DNA of 63,834 bases, the filler included. It is 8 parts of 8 records of this genome, joined end to end, with 100 filler letters (N's around TTAATTAATTAA, not from the genome) between each part and the next. Parts side by side here need not be neighbours in the genome. Positions count along the whole stretch, not along the records: positions 38,293 to 43,622 come from SRR31156797_41933; positions 43,723 to 49,731 come from SRR31156797_41941; 6 more parts are not named here. One strand, given 5' to 3'. Under the pieces are notes generated by a model, which did no database searches, was not told the DNA's origin, and was given only the letters and a program-made list of their open reading frames with translations. This document shows, one piece after another, positions 38,293 through 47,375 of the stretch (its first letter is position 1; each line of letters starts with the position of its first letter). A program made the position numbers and the translations under genes.

Positions 38293-38341
38293 GTAATTGA
38301 TTATTAATCATTGGATCAGGAGTTCTGAAACTGAAATAATC

Positions 38342-39157
38342 TTATTTTCTAAACACAAACAGCGTATATTCCCCTTTGGACCACCACCACGAACTTTGTA
38401 GTTCCTGGTCCTTTTGCCAAAGCTCCTCGGCCAGTTCAGGGTTGTTTTTCACCTTGTGTGGGTTGTACCATGCCGGATAGCGGATGCTGTAACCTTTCCG
38501 TTCGATTAAAGAAAAATCTCTAAACGCTGACTTTATAGTGCCTGGGCTATAACATCTCGAAGGTAAGTGCCGGTTTGGAGAATACCCACCCCATTCTTTT
38601 TTTATCCTTGAGAAAGCCGTTTTAAAATTCAGCTTCAAGGCCTGGACAAACATTTCGCGTAGGTACCATTTATTCACAAAAGTCAGCACGGCGTGGCCTC
38701 CGGGACTGAGTAGTTTTTTTATCTGGTTAGCTGAGTGCCCCAGATCAGCCACAGTATTTAATGCACCAAAATATACGTATATCAAATCAAAAGCGCCCTC
38801 CCCAAATTCTTCCAAAAGCTGCCGTTCATCACTCACAACAACTTTCGCGTTTCTCAGGTTTTGTTCAATAATTTGTTCATTGGCAATCTCCACCATTTTT
38901 GGTGCAATATCTACGCCGATAACTTCAGCATCCGGATAATTTTTGGCAAACCAGCACACATCAAATCCAGGCCCACAGCCAATTTCGAGGACTTTTGTAA
39001 AGGGGTACTTAACAGTGATTTGCCTGAAATCATTTCTGATCCTGTCGAGCAGGGGGTTGGCTTCGGCACGTTGTTTAAAGCCCAGATCAGCGTCGGTGTC
39101 GTAATAGTCGGCTACAGTTTGGTGAAAACTTCCGGTTTTTTGATTTTTCATGGCCAA
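38342..39157 (-). CDS. Class I SAM-dependent methyltransferase
   Basis: VLEIGCGPG, GVDI, FDLIY..FGALN, LSPGG. Confidence 0.9.
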   Translation of the reverse strand: MAMKNQKTGSFHQTVADYYDTDADLGFKQRAEANPLLDRIRNDFRQITVKYPFTKVLEIGCGPGFDVCWFAKNYPDAEVIGVDIAPKMVEIANEQIIEQNLRNAKVVVSDERQLLEEFGEGAFDLIYVYFGALNTVADLGHSANQIKKLLSPGGHAVLTFVNKWYLREMFVQALKLNFKTAFSRIKKEWGGYSPNRHLPSRCYSPGTIKSAFRDFSLIERKGYSIRYPAWYNPHKVKNNPELAEELWQKDQELQSSWWWSKGEYTLFVFRK

Positions 39158-39181
39158 ATAAACAAAATCCTCAGGAATTGT

Positions 39182-39877
39182 TTAGTTAACCGTCAATTTA
39201 AAACCACTGCCGTGAATATTGCTGATCTCGATGGCCGGATCATTTTTGAGATATTTGCGCAGTTTTGTGATAAACACATCCATACTGCGTGTGGTGAAAT
39301 AACTGTCTTCACCCCAGATTTTCTTCAACGCCATCTCGCGAGGCAGCACATCATTTATTTTCAGGCAAAGCATGCGTAGTAATTCTGCTTCACGGGGAGA
39401 TAGTTTTTGCTCTTCACTTTCATAACTGAGAATCCGGTGTGGATAATTGAAATTATATTTTCCAACCTGAAACTCGTCCTTCTCCTCCTGCTTTTCGCGG
39501 TCAGCTTCATTACGCTTCAATATCGCCCTGATTTTGCACAGCAACACTTCCGAATCGAAAGGTTTGGTAATATAGTCATCAGCCCCAAGGCTAAATCCTT
39601 TCAGGATATCCTCTTTAAGGGTTTTGGCAGTGAGAAAAATCAGTGGAATGTTTTTATTGGCAAATCGTATCTCCTTAGCTATCTGAAAACCATCCACGTT
39701 GGGCAACATCACATCTAAGATGCAGATGTCAAAGTCATCCGACCGGAATTCCTTAACAGCGTGTTTCCCGTCATCCACCCAGTGTACTACAAAATCGTGT
39801 ATTTCAAGGTACGACTTGAGCACCGCCCCAAAGTTGTGGTCGTCCTCCACCATAAAAACGTGTGTTTTGTTTCCCAT
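39182..39877 (-). CDS. OmpR-family response regulator (Bacteroidota RprY-like)
   Basis: VEDD, LDVMLP, GADDYITKPF, IWGEDSYFTTRSMDVFITKLRK. Confidence 0.93.
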   Translation of the reverse strand: MGNKTHVFMVEDDHNFGAVLKSYLEIHDFVVHWVDDGKHAVKEFRSDDFDICILDVMLPNVDGFQIAKEIRFANKNIPLIFLTAKTLKEDILKGFSLGADDYITKPFDSEVLLCKIRAILKRNEADREKQEEKDEFQVGKYNFNYPHRILSYESEEQKLSPREAELLRMLCLKINDVLPREMALKKIWGEDSYFTTRSMDVFITKLRKYLKNDPAIEISNIHGSGFKLTVN

Positions 39878-40016
39878 CGGGCGTTGTAGTTATTCGCAAT
39901 TGGGTTAATAGTTATTAATCAAACTGCCTGACAGTTAGTTGATAGTTCTTTGATTTTTCCATCCCGTATCGCGGAATATCCGTTTCGCTAAATTCATCAT
40001 ATCTGTCATTCAGTTT

Positions 40017-41696
40017 TTAAAGTACATTATCCACCTTGTGAGGCAAATATACATCAAATCGGGTTCCTTTGCCGGGTTCACTTTTTACGTCAATGCTGCC
40101 CCTGAAAGTGAGAACTAAAGCCCGAACATAACTCAATCCAAGGCCAAACCCTTTCACATTATGCACATCGCCTGTCGAGACCCGGAAGAACTTATCGAAG
40201 ATTTTGTCCTGCGCTTCCTTGCTGATCCCGATGCCGTTGTCTTCAACAGAGATTCTAATTCCCTTGTTCGTATTCTCTGTAGAAATGGTGATCTCAGGGT
40301 TTTCTTTGCTATATTTTATGGCATTATCCACCAGGTTGTTGATGATGTTGGAAAAATGTATTTCATCATTATCGATCAGGGGATTTGCGGCATCCAACCT
40401 TAAAGAAATTGATCCTTGTTTCTTATCGAGTTGCAGCTTAAAATGCCCTGCAATTCGAGCGATTAAATCGTGGGCATTGATCTCCTTAACATTCAGCTTA
40501 AAATCCCGCTTATCGATCATCGACATCTGGAGTACATTTTCTACCTGCTTGTTCATACGTCTGTTTTCATCGCGGATAATACCGGTAAAGTACCTGATCT
40601 TTTCCGGAAGGCTTAATATTTTGGGGTTATCAATAGAGTCAACCGCAAGCGAAATGGTGGCTATGGGCGTTTTAAATTCATGGGTCATGTTGTTGATGAA
40701 ATCTGTTTTGATTTCTGAAATCTTTTTCTGGCGAAGAATCACCCAAATCGTGATGGAAAAGGTGAGCAGGATGATCAGCGTAAAAATCACCGAGCCGGCC
40801 AGCATAAGGATTATAGACCTGTAAAGGTGGGAGGAAATATCAGGGAAAGTGAGTAGCAGGAAGTTGGGTTTCTGGAAAATATCGTTGGGAAACAGGCTCA
40901 CCCGGTATTTGGTGCCCAGGTTTTCGTCCTCAAATTTTTCAGATCGGACCGGCACCAGGTTATCAGCCAGGCCGGAAACAACGGCGAATTCAAAAGGTAT
41001 ATCGATGCCAAATTCTTTCAGGGTAAGTTTAATCTGACTATCCAGATAATGTTTATCCAATCGCTGTGATATGGGTGCCGAAAATGACTCCACCTCCACC
41101 ACCATTTGTTCAAGCATTTTATTCAATTCAATACTCTTGAGCCGCATCCGCGATTCAGCCCTGACAATCATTTCAGTGCTGTCGGATTTTTCTGAAAACA
41201 TAAAAACACCATCGTTATTAAACTCCACACGCCTATCAGCATTAACATTAACTACTGTTTCCCCACGTGCATCATCAGGAATATTGACCTTGAATTCGAC
41301 GTGGCTTTCGGTAGAATCAAACCAGGAGTAGGTTTCAATCCGGGTTGCATAATCTTCTTCTAACCATTCAAGTTCTTCCCCCTCTTTATTATAGTCCTGC
41401 AGTTGTTTACCCAAAGAATCAAAAATCACATACTGATACTGCATGATGGAATCCAGGTCGGGGAAAGAATAATTAAAACTGTGCTTTGCCCTGCTGAGCT
41501 GGTCAGAGATGACGAGGATGTTTTCGTTCTTTTCGAGCCGCTGCACCACCTGGTTCATTGCTTCATTCACCGACCGGTCGAATTGCTTCGATTTTACATC
41601 GATGGCATTGCGCACCCACATCAACTGGACCAGAATAATCCCAACCAGTGAAATGCTCATCAATAAGATTATACCAATGATTGTACGGCGCTTCAT
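40017..41696 (-). CDS. Sensor histidine kinase (RprX-like)
   Basis: Two TM segments, FINNMTHEFKTP, NLVDNAIKY, DNGIG, GFGLGL. Confidence 0.93.
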   Translation of the reverse strand: MKRRTIIGIILLMSISLVGIILVQLMWVRNAIDVKSKQFDRSVNEAMNQVVQRLEKNENILVISDQLSRAKHSFNYSFPDLDSIMQYQYVIFDSLGKQLQDYNKEGEELEWLEEDYATRIETYSWFDSTESHVEFKVNIPDDARGETVVNVNADRRVEFNNDGVFMFSEKSDSTEMIVRAESRMRLKSIELNKMLEQMVVEVESFSAPISQRLDKHYLDSQIKLTLKEFGIDIPFEFAVVSGLADNLVPVRSEKFEDENLGTKYRVSLFPNDIFQKPNFLLLTFPDISSHLYRSIILMLAGSVIFTLIILLTFSITIWVILRQKKISEIKTDFINNMTHEFKTPIATISLAVDSIDNPKILSLPEKIRYFTGIIRDENRRMNKQVENVLQMSMIDKRDFKLNVKEINAHDLIARIAGHFKLQLDKKQGSISLRLDAANPLIDNDEIHFSNIINNLVDNAIKYSKENPEITISTENTNKGIRISVEDNGIGISKEAQDKIFDKFFRVSTGDVHNVKGFGLGLSYVRALVLTFRGSIDVKSEPGKGTRFDVYLPHKVDNVL

Positions 41697-41700
41697 AGCA

Positions 41701-41772
41701 CAAAATTACACATTAAACCCCGCTGGATATGAACTTTAACTTTTCCTTAACCTGTATTAAGGTTTCATTAAC
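41701..41772 (-). promoter_or_regulatory. Bacteroidota -7 promoter element plus four phased TTAA(C/G) repeats
   Basis: TAATTTTG (TAnnTTTG) 4 nt before the ATG; TTAAC/TTAAG at 41736, 41747, 41757, 41768. Confidence 0.6.
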
Positions 41773-41839
41773 GGTTGCATCGCATAACAGCATCATGGCT
41801 TGCAAAAATTAAAATCTGTTTGTTATTACGTTTCAAAAT

Positions 41840-42898
41840 CTACCTTTTTTTGAAATTCACTTTCAATTCCAGCTCTGATTTTATGGCAAAACCGTTTACC
41901 ATAGCAGGCTGCCAGGGTGGACCTGTACGGATGATCTTTCTGGCTTTATTGAAATATTTTTGATCCGCCTGATTGGCGTTTACAAACTTGGTGATCTTGC
42001 CGGTTTCATCCACATGAAGGTTTAGTACCACCATAACGCTATCAATCTCTGAATCCTTTTCCAGAACCGCCTGCGATTGCATCCAGGCTTTAAATTCCTG
42101 TTCATCCATCATGGGCTGAGCATCCATTGTTGGTGATGTAATTTGTGATTGAGCTGCTCCCGAAGTTATACCCTGTGCTTGCCTTGACGAGGTTGGTTCG
42201 GCAAAATTATATTCCACCTCCGCATTTTCCTCAAAAGTCTGTTCTAGTAAGCTCGCATCTTCAACAATCAGGGTTTCATTTGCCGGTTTGGGCTCTGGTT
42301 TAGAAAAAGGTGTTGTTGTTGAAATATCAGCATCACTGATTTCGTCTGGTGATTCAACAATATCAGTCTCTACGTCATTTTCTACAGTTTTAATCTCAAC
42401 CGGATCTGCAACTTTTGCCTCAGGAGAAACTGATGCCCCGGGTTCAACCATTGATTTCTTATCTCCTTTGCCCGGGCCTTTTCCCTTTTCGGGTGCTTTT
42501 GTGACAGGAACAACACTTTCTTTTTTTCTTTTCTCTGGTTCTGGATTTTCCGGTGATTTTTCAGTGGACATTTGTTCGGCAACCTGAGGCACAGATGCAC
42601 CCTGATCAAGGTTGTACCACAAAATACCGGAAGATACCAAAATCACAATCGAAGCGGCTGCAGTCCACCAAATCATCCGGTTGCTTTTTTTCGTTTTTTG
42701 CCCCAAACGCTGCTTCAATTCATCCATGTCCCGGGTAAACTCATCTGGTGAAACTTCCTGCAAGCCCTCTAAAGCCATGGCTTCGAAAGGATGTTTTTGT
42801 AGCAACTTTTCAAAAGTATTGCGCTCTTCACCGGTCAACTCATCGTTGAGATACCGCCTGTAATCTACTTCGCTGATATGTTTTTGTTGGTTACCCAT
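41840..42898 (-). CDS. Putative anti-sigma factor with a C-terminal TonB-C-like domain
   Basis: YL..EL..EER..FE anti-sigma-like N-terminus, one TM, Pro/Glu/Lys linker, PWQPA.VNG..I terminal domain; overlaps the ECF sigma stop. Confidence 0.7.
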   Translation of the reverse strand: MGNQQKHISEVDYRRYLNDELTGEERNTFEKLLQKHPFEAMALEGLQEVSPDEFTRDMDELKQRLGQKTKKSNRMIWWTAAASIVILVSSGILWYNLDQGASVPQVAEQMSTEKSPENPEPEKRKKESVVPVTKAPEKGKGPGKGDKKSMVEPGASVSPEAKVADPVEIKTVENDVETDIVESPDEISDADISTTTPFSKPEPKPANETLIVEDASLLEQTFEENAEVEYNFAEPTSSRQAQGITSGAAQSQITSPTMDAQPMMDEQEFKAWMQSQAVLEKDSEIDSVMVVLNLHVDETGKITKFVNANQADQKYFNKARKIIRTGPPWQPAMVNGFAIKSELELKVNFKKR

Positions 42899-43482
42899 TA
42901 TTTACTTTCGAGACAAATTTTTAAGTTCCGTTTTCCATTCTGGATATAGCTTTTTACCTTCTTCTCTTCTAAACCGATCTTTTGCGAAATTTCCCTGTAA
43001 GACCGGTTTTCAAAATAAAACAGGAGGATGCACTGTTTTTGTTCATCCTTGAGCTTTTCCAGGCAAGGTCCTAATTTCTCTTCCAGGTCAGTTTCTCCTT
43101 CCCTATCCAAAGGATGCAATTCGGGCTCATTTTCCATAAATTTTTCCAGCATTTCCTCATCCCCGGTTAGGATCTGTCGGCCGGATTTGGCTTTTCGCAA
43201 TTCCATCAGGCAATGGTTTTTGGTAACCACATAAAGCCAGTTCTTGAAATTATCAACCGTTTTGGTTTTTAATTCTTCCTGAACTTTATCATACAATTGC
43301 ATCACCTCATCTTTGGCCTGCTCAGCATTTTTGAAATACCTGAGACACACACCATAAACCAGGTGCATGTATCGGCCAAATAATTCTCCGGCAATTTCAG
43401 GATCATGATTTTGCCGGTATTGTTCCAGCATCTCCTGCTCTGATTTTTGCGCCTTCTTTTTTTTGAATGGAATCAGCCTCAT
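42898..43482 (-). CDS. ECF sigma-70 factor
   Basis: LVYGVCLRY, FKNWLYVVTKNHC, SYREIS...VKSYIQNGKRNL. Likely ATG at 43482. Confidence 0.93.
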   Translation of the reverse strand: MRLIPFKKKKAQKSEQEMLEQYRQNHDPEIAGELFGRYMHLVYGVCLRYFKNAEQAKDEVMQLYDKVQEELKTKTVDNFKNWLYVVTKNHCLMELRKAKSGRQILTGDEEMLEKFMENEPELHPLDREGETDLEEKLGPCLEKLKDEQKQCILLFYFENRSYREISQKIGLEEKKVKSYIQNGKRNLKICLESK

Positions 43483-43622
43483 CCTTTGATTTTCGGTAAT
43501 TCGATAAAGTAAACGAATTTTTTCGGTTTTTTTTATGGAATTCCTCAAACCGATGCATCCTGTTACTGAAACCCAAATTTAAAATTTATCATCATGAAAT
43601 GAGCATAAACTTTTTTAATCAA

Positions 43623-43722
43623 NNNNNNNNNNNNNNNNNNNNNNNNNNNNNNNNNNNNNNNNNNNNTTAATTAATTAANNNNNNNNNNNNNNNNNNNNNN
43701 NNNNNNNNNNNNNNNNNNNNNN
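43623..43722. other. Artificial contig linker
   Basis: N run, TTAATTAATTAA, N run. Confidence 0.99.
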
Positions 43723-43834
43723 AGTATGAATCCGGTAAAAAATCAAGGCGGAGGCAAAATTTCAGATACCCGGATCAGCGCCATCGTTAAAACAAATCGG
43801 GATCAACTACCTCCATCCGGATCCGGCAGGGGGA

Positions 43835-43859
43835 GCCCCCCCCCTCGATTGGGGGGGCT
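43835..43859 (-). terminator. Hairpin after the DUF169 gene
   Basis: AGCCCCCCC / GGGGGGGCT inverted repeat directly after the stop codon. Confidence 0.5.
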
Positions 43860-43860
43860 G

Positions 43861-44667
43861 TTATAGATCCAGCCAAAGGGGGGACTCAAAAATACCGTCT
43901 TCCGCTTCTTGTTCAAGATCAAGAAAAAGCCGCCAGGGTACGGCATAGGTCAGGATATCCGCTGGAAGACTTTTCTTGACATTTTTCCTGGCGGCCAGGT
44001 CAATCATTCCCAGTACCCCCCGTGGATCCGGGGATTCGGCTTCCCTAAACACATAGGCACCGATCATCTGGCAGGCCCCTCCCTGGGGGGTTACCGTCTC
44101 GTTAATGCCTTCCCGAATGGCTCCGGCCAGGGTTAAAAGGGCCGTGAGCTGAACCGGATTGACCGTGAATATGACCGATTCAGGCAATTCATCCTCTCCT
44201 AGTTCTGCAAGGGGTTTGATTACCCTGTAAGTCTCGGGAAAATCATAAACAGGCAGATCCCGGGTGATCCATTTTCGGGCCTTGTCCTTGGTACAGTGGA
44301 ACCGTTCCCCCTCAATCAATTTCCGGCGAATATGGGGATTTGTTTTTTCGGCAAAGGCCTTGTATTCGTCCGGGTTTTCAGCATCTTCAAGGCCTTTTGC
44401 AAAAAAAGAAGAAAAGGTCTCAACTCCCCCCATGGCCGTGTCATAGGCAGATCCGAACCCCAGACCTGCAGATGCCCCCGGGCATCCATAGGTGGTACGG
44501 TCAAACACAACGGTTTTTCCCCGGGCCGCCACCTGGGCGAAAAGGGACATAACGCAATAGTAACGGTTTGCACGGGCCTGGGTGGCGCCAAAAGGCTTTA
44601 AATCGCTTTTGAGAAGAGCGGCGGTATGAAATGCCGGATTCAGTTTTTGGACAATTTTGCTTTCCAT
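43861..44667 (-). CDS. DUF169-domain protein
   Basis: CVMSL..A.GKT, GCPG..AGLGF, EGER, NP.QL.AL, GACQ, GMID.AAR. Confidence 0.82.
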   Translation of the reverse strand: MESKIVQKLNPAFHTAALLKSDLKPFGATQARANRYYCVMSLFAQVAARGKTVVFDRTTYGCPGASAGLGFGSAYDTAMGGVETFSSFFAKGLEDAENPDEYKAFAEKTNPHIRRKLIEGERFHCTKDKARKWITRDLPVYDFPETYRVIKPLAELGEDELPESVIFTVNPVQLTALLTLAGAIREGINETVTPQGGACQMIGAYVFREAESPDPRGVLGMIDLAARKNVKKSLPADILTYAVPWRLFLDLEQEAEDGIFESPLWLDL

Positions 44668-44669
44668 GG

Positions 44670-45875
44670 TCAAACCTCCTTTAAGGTCTCAGTTTTTATT
44701 TTTTTATGGTGTAAAAACCAGAGACACAACAATGATGCGGCAGCCGCCCCTATGGTCAGAAAAAATGCGGCAGCAAACGGGGCCGCCGGTTTGTGAGGCA
44801 GCCAGCGGCCTGAAACAACATCGATAATGACGGGGGAAAAAAACTGACCCAGGTACATTCCGCTGGAAACAACGGCCATTGCACCGACGGTCCCGGACGG
44901 ATCAACCGATGTCCGGACCCCGTTGAATATATAGGGCAGAAGATAGCCTTCTCCGGTCCCGACCAGGCATACACCGGCCAACACCCCGGCCATGCCCGTG
45001 GATATGCCGAGGATACCGAATCCCAAGGCCATGACGGCAAGGGCAATACACGGAGAAAAAACGGGCATGGCAGATCGTAACCGGTAAAAACACAGCCCCA
45101 TGATAAAGGCGGCTCCGGTCACCAGGGCAAAGGCCATGCCGGAAGAGGCAGCGTTTCCCAATTGATTTTTTTCAATAAAAAGGGAAAGATTGATGGGCAG
45201 CGTATAAAAAACGATCATCAATAAAAAAATGGCGGCAGCGTAAAGGTAAACCACCCGGGGCAGTCCGGATGGTTTGTTCTCGATTTTAAGGCCGTCCGGG
45301 TCCCGGCCGGGCAATGATCGCTTCGGCTCAGGCAGGTATCCCATGACCAGAAAAACGGCAATGAGCCCCAGACCGTAAGCACCAAAGGCATATCTCCAGC
45401 AGAATGTCGCCAGAATTCCTGACAGAATTTGGGCGGCCATCCCCCCGAAATGGTTGGAGGCACTGATCCATCCCATCAGTTTGGGGGCCTGATCATGGTC
45501 AAAGAAATCCGAAACCAGGGCCGTGGAAACGGGCATGATAAGGCCCACAGCCATGCCAAGCAGGGCCCTTGTGACCAGAAGGGTATCCATGCGATGGGCC
45601 AGCCCGCCCCCCATGCCTGCGGCAAGGTATAGAAACAGCCCGGCCAGCAGCACCCGTTTTTTCCCGAATCTGTCGGCAAGCCTGCCGGCACCCAGGGCAA
45701 ACGGAATCACCATCAGGGGGGTCAATGTCTGAACCAGGCTGATCCGAGTTCGGCCGGCATCGGCAAAAAACTCGGCAAGGGGAGCAATGGCCGGGGAAAT
45801 GGCAGCCCCGGCCATCACCGTTAACAGGGCCACAGAAAGAATGGCTGCAGCAATCCTTTTATCTTCCGAACTCAT
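44670..45875 (-). CDS. MFS transporter
   Basis: GRLADRFGKK motif A, about 12 TM segments. Confidence 0.93.
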   Translation of the reverse strand: MSSEDKRIAAAILSVALLTVMAGAAISPAIAPLAEFFADAGRTRISLVQTLTPLMVIPFALGAGRLADRFGKKRVLLAGLFLYLAAGMGGGLAHRMDTLLVTRALLGMAVGLIMPVSTALVSDFFDHDQAPKLMGWISASNHFGGMAAQILSGILATFCWRYAFGAYGLGLIAVFLVMGYLPEPKRSLPGRDPDGLKIENKPSGLPRVVYLYAAAIFLLMIVFYTLPINLSLFIEKNQLGNAASSGMAFALVTGAAFIMGLCFYRLRSAMPVFSPCIALAVMALGFGILGISTGMAGVLAGVCLVGTGEGYLLPYIFNGVRTSVDPSGTVGAMAVVSSGMYLGQFFSPVIIDVVSGRWLPHKPAAPFAAAFFLTIGAAAASLLCLWFLHHKKIKTETLKEV

Positions 45876-46326
45876 GGCTCTTCCCTCTCATATTTTCAAC
45901 AACGGCCTTGAGTACATTTATACATACGCCGACCTCCCGGGGATCAACCCCGGCCACCGCCTGGCTGAGGTTTTGTTTGGCCAGGGTGATAAGGGTTTTT
46001 TGTATGGTTCTGCCTTTTTCGGTAAGAAAAATGCGGTTCATTCTTCTGTCCCCTTGGTCCGGCTGCCTTCGGACCAGGCCCCTGCGTTCAAGACCGTCAA
46101 TCAACTTGACGACAGACACCTTATTTTTACAGGTCCGTTCAGCAATCTGCTGCTGAGTGAGCCCCTCCTCCGACCAGAGAGATATCAGCACCTTCCATTG
46201 CTCAACCGTGGCGTCTTGACCGGCTGTTGAAAATTTCCTGTTCAGTTCAAGCCGCATGAACTGAGATGCCAGGTCAAGGAGCATACCCAATGAATTATCA
46301 ATGTCATAATCCAGTTTATTCGACAT
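45859..46326 (-). CDS. MarR-family regulator
   Basis: EQW..L..L..EEGLTQ, LERRGLV.R..DRR..LTEKG. Confidence 0.93.
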   Translation of the reverse strand: MSNKLDYDIDNSLGMLLDLASQFMRLELNRKFSTAGQDATVEQWKVLISLWSEEGLTQQQIAERTCKNKVSVVKLIDGLERRGLVRRQPDQGDRRMNRIFLTEKGRTIQKTLITLAKQNLSQAVAGVDPREVGVCINVLKAVVENMRGKSHEFGR

Positions 46327-46351
46327 CTTTTCCCCTTCAATTGTAAAGGTT

Positions 46352-46396
46352 AAATAGTTTATAGTTAACTATATAACTATTTTCTTCCCATGTCAA
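46352..46396 (-). promoter_or_regulatory. Sigma70 promoter overlapped by a MarR operator palindrome
   Basis: Minus strand TTGACA-17-TATAGT; AAATAGTT-TATAGTTAACTATA-T-AACTATTT palindrome. Confidence 0.75.
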
Positions 46397-46433
46397 TTCG
46401 GGAAAGGTCTTTGTTCGCCGAATGGGAGCAGGT

Positions 46434-47258
46434 TTAAATCAATGAAAGGACCGTCCAGGTCAGCAGATAATAAAGGGGAACGGCCAGCGCCGCAAACCAG
46501 AGGGGGGAGACGTTCCGGCCAAACACCCTCAGACCCATGGCATCGGCTTTTGACGGACAGGTTTTCCCGTCCACACAAGCATAACAGCCCACACAGTCCC
46601 GGCCGCTGATCTTCTCCATTCGGGAGATCGGTATGTCCATGGGACAGGCCCTGTCGCAGCGGCCACAGCCAATGCAGGCCCGGGCATCTCTGTGGATGGT
46701 GACAATGGGCAGCACCCGGTTGATGATATTATAGGCGGCTTTCTGGAAACAAAGATATTTGCAGAAAAATCTGGGAATCACCAAGGGGATGAACAATACA
46801 GCATACTTTTTAAATTTGATGAAAAAGGTGGTGAAGCCGGTGGAAAAATACATGTCCATATGATCATCCAAAAAATAATTAACCCCATGGCTGACCAGGG
46901 CATAGACGAACACTCCCAGAAACAGATATTTCAGATAGCGGAGGGGGGTGTCGAATTTCCCGGGTATTCGTATCTGGATCGTTGGAAAAAGAATCCGGCC
47001 GATCTTTGATATAAAATACGATAGGTTTCCAAAGGGGCAGATCCAACCGCACCAGAATGAACCGAAGACGACAAAGGCCGTCATAACGGCAATTTCAGTT
47101 TCAAACTCGGCCTCAAATCCGAATACGGCCGAGGTAAAACCTCCGAACCAGGGAATAAAAAGCACCACGGTCATAAAGCGAATCAAATCCCTTGAGTCCG
47201 TTAAAACCGTATGGGAAGAGGCTTTCTGGGAGGTTAAAATGGCATTTTTTTGTGGCAT
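46434..47258 (-). CDS. Membrane 4Fe-4S protein, NapH/MauN/YccM-like
   Basis: FWCGWICPFG, LRYLKY, RFFCKYLC, CIGCGRCDRACP, CVGCYACV..CP. ATG at 47258 after AAGGAG. Confidence 0.88.
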   Translation of the reverse strand: MPQKNAILTSQKASSHTVLTDSRDLIRFMTVVLFIPWFGGFTSAVFGFEAEFETEIAVMTAFVVFGSFWCGWICPFGNLSYFISKIGRILFPTIQIRIPGKFDTPLRYLKYLFLGVFVYALVSHGVNYFLDDHMDMYFSTGFTTFFIKFKKYAVLFIPLVIPRFFCKYLCFQKAAYNIINRVLPIVTIHRDARACIGCGRCDRACPMDIPISRMEKISGRDCVGCYACVDGKTCPSKADAMGLRVFGRNVSPLWFAALAVPLYYLLTWTVLSLI

Positions 47259-47347
47259 AATCAGTGGCTCCTTTCTCCCCGGGGTCAGTCCCGGGGGTGA
47301 TGGGGCCAAGGTATACCATAGCCGGAATTTCCATATCCTTTCAGGCA

Positions 47348-47364
47348 GATTACAATTTTGAAAG
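47348..47364 (-). promoter_or_regulatory. CopR/CusR-like response-regulator box
   Basis: CTTTCAAAATTGTAATC on the minus strand, identical to 49552-49568 on the plus strand. Confidence 0.7.
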
Positions 47365-47375
47365 AAACAAAGAAC

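Noticed and set aside
30843-38342. Archaeal genes as horizontal transfer into a bacterium
   Set aside because: The segment is bounded by artificial linkers and carries core archaeal genes (tfe, nmd3), so it comes from a separate organism.
39934-40008. 24-codon ORF between the kinase and the response regulator
   Set aside because: No motif or other support; compatible with chance.
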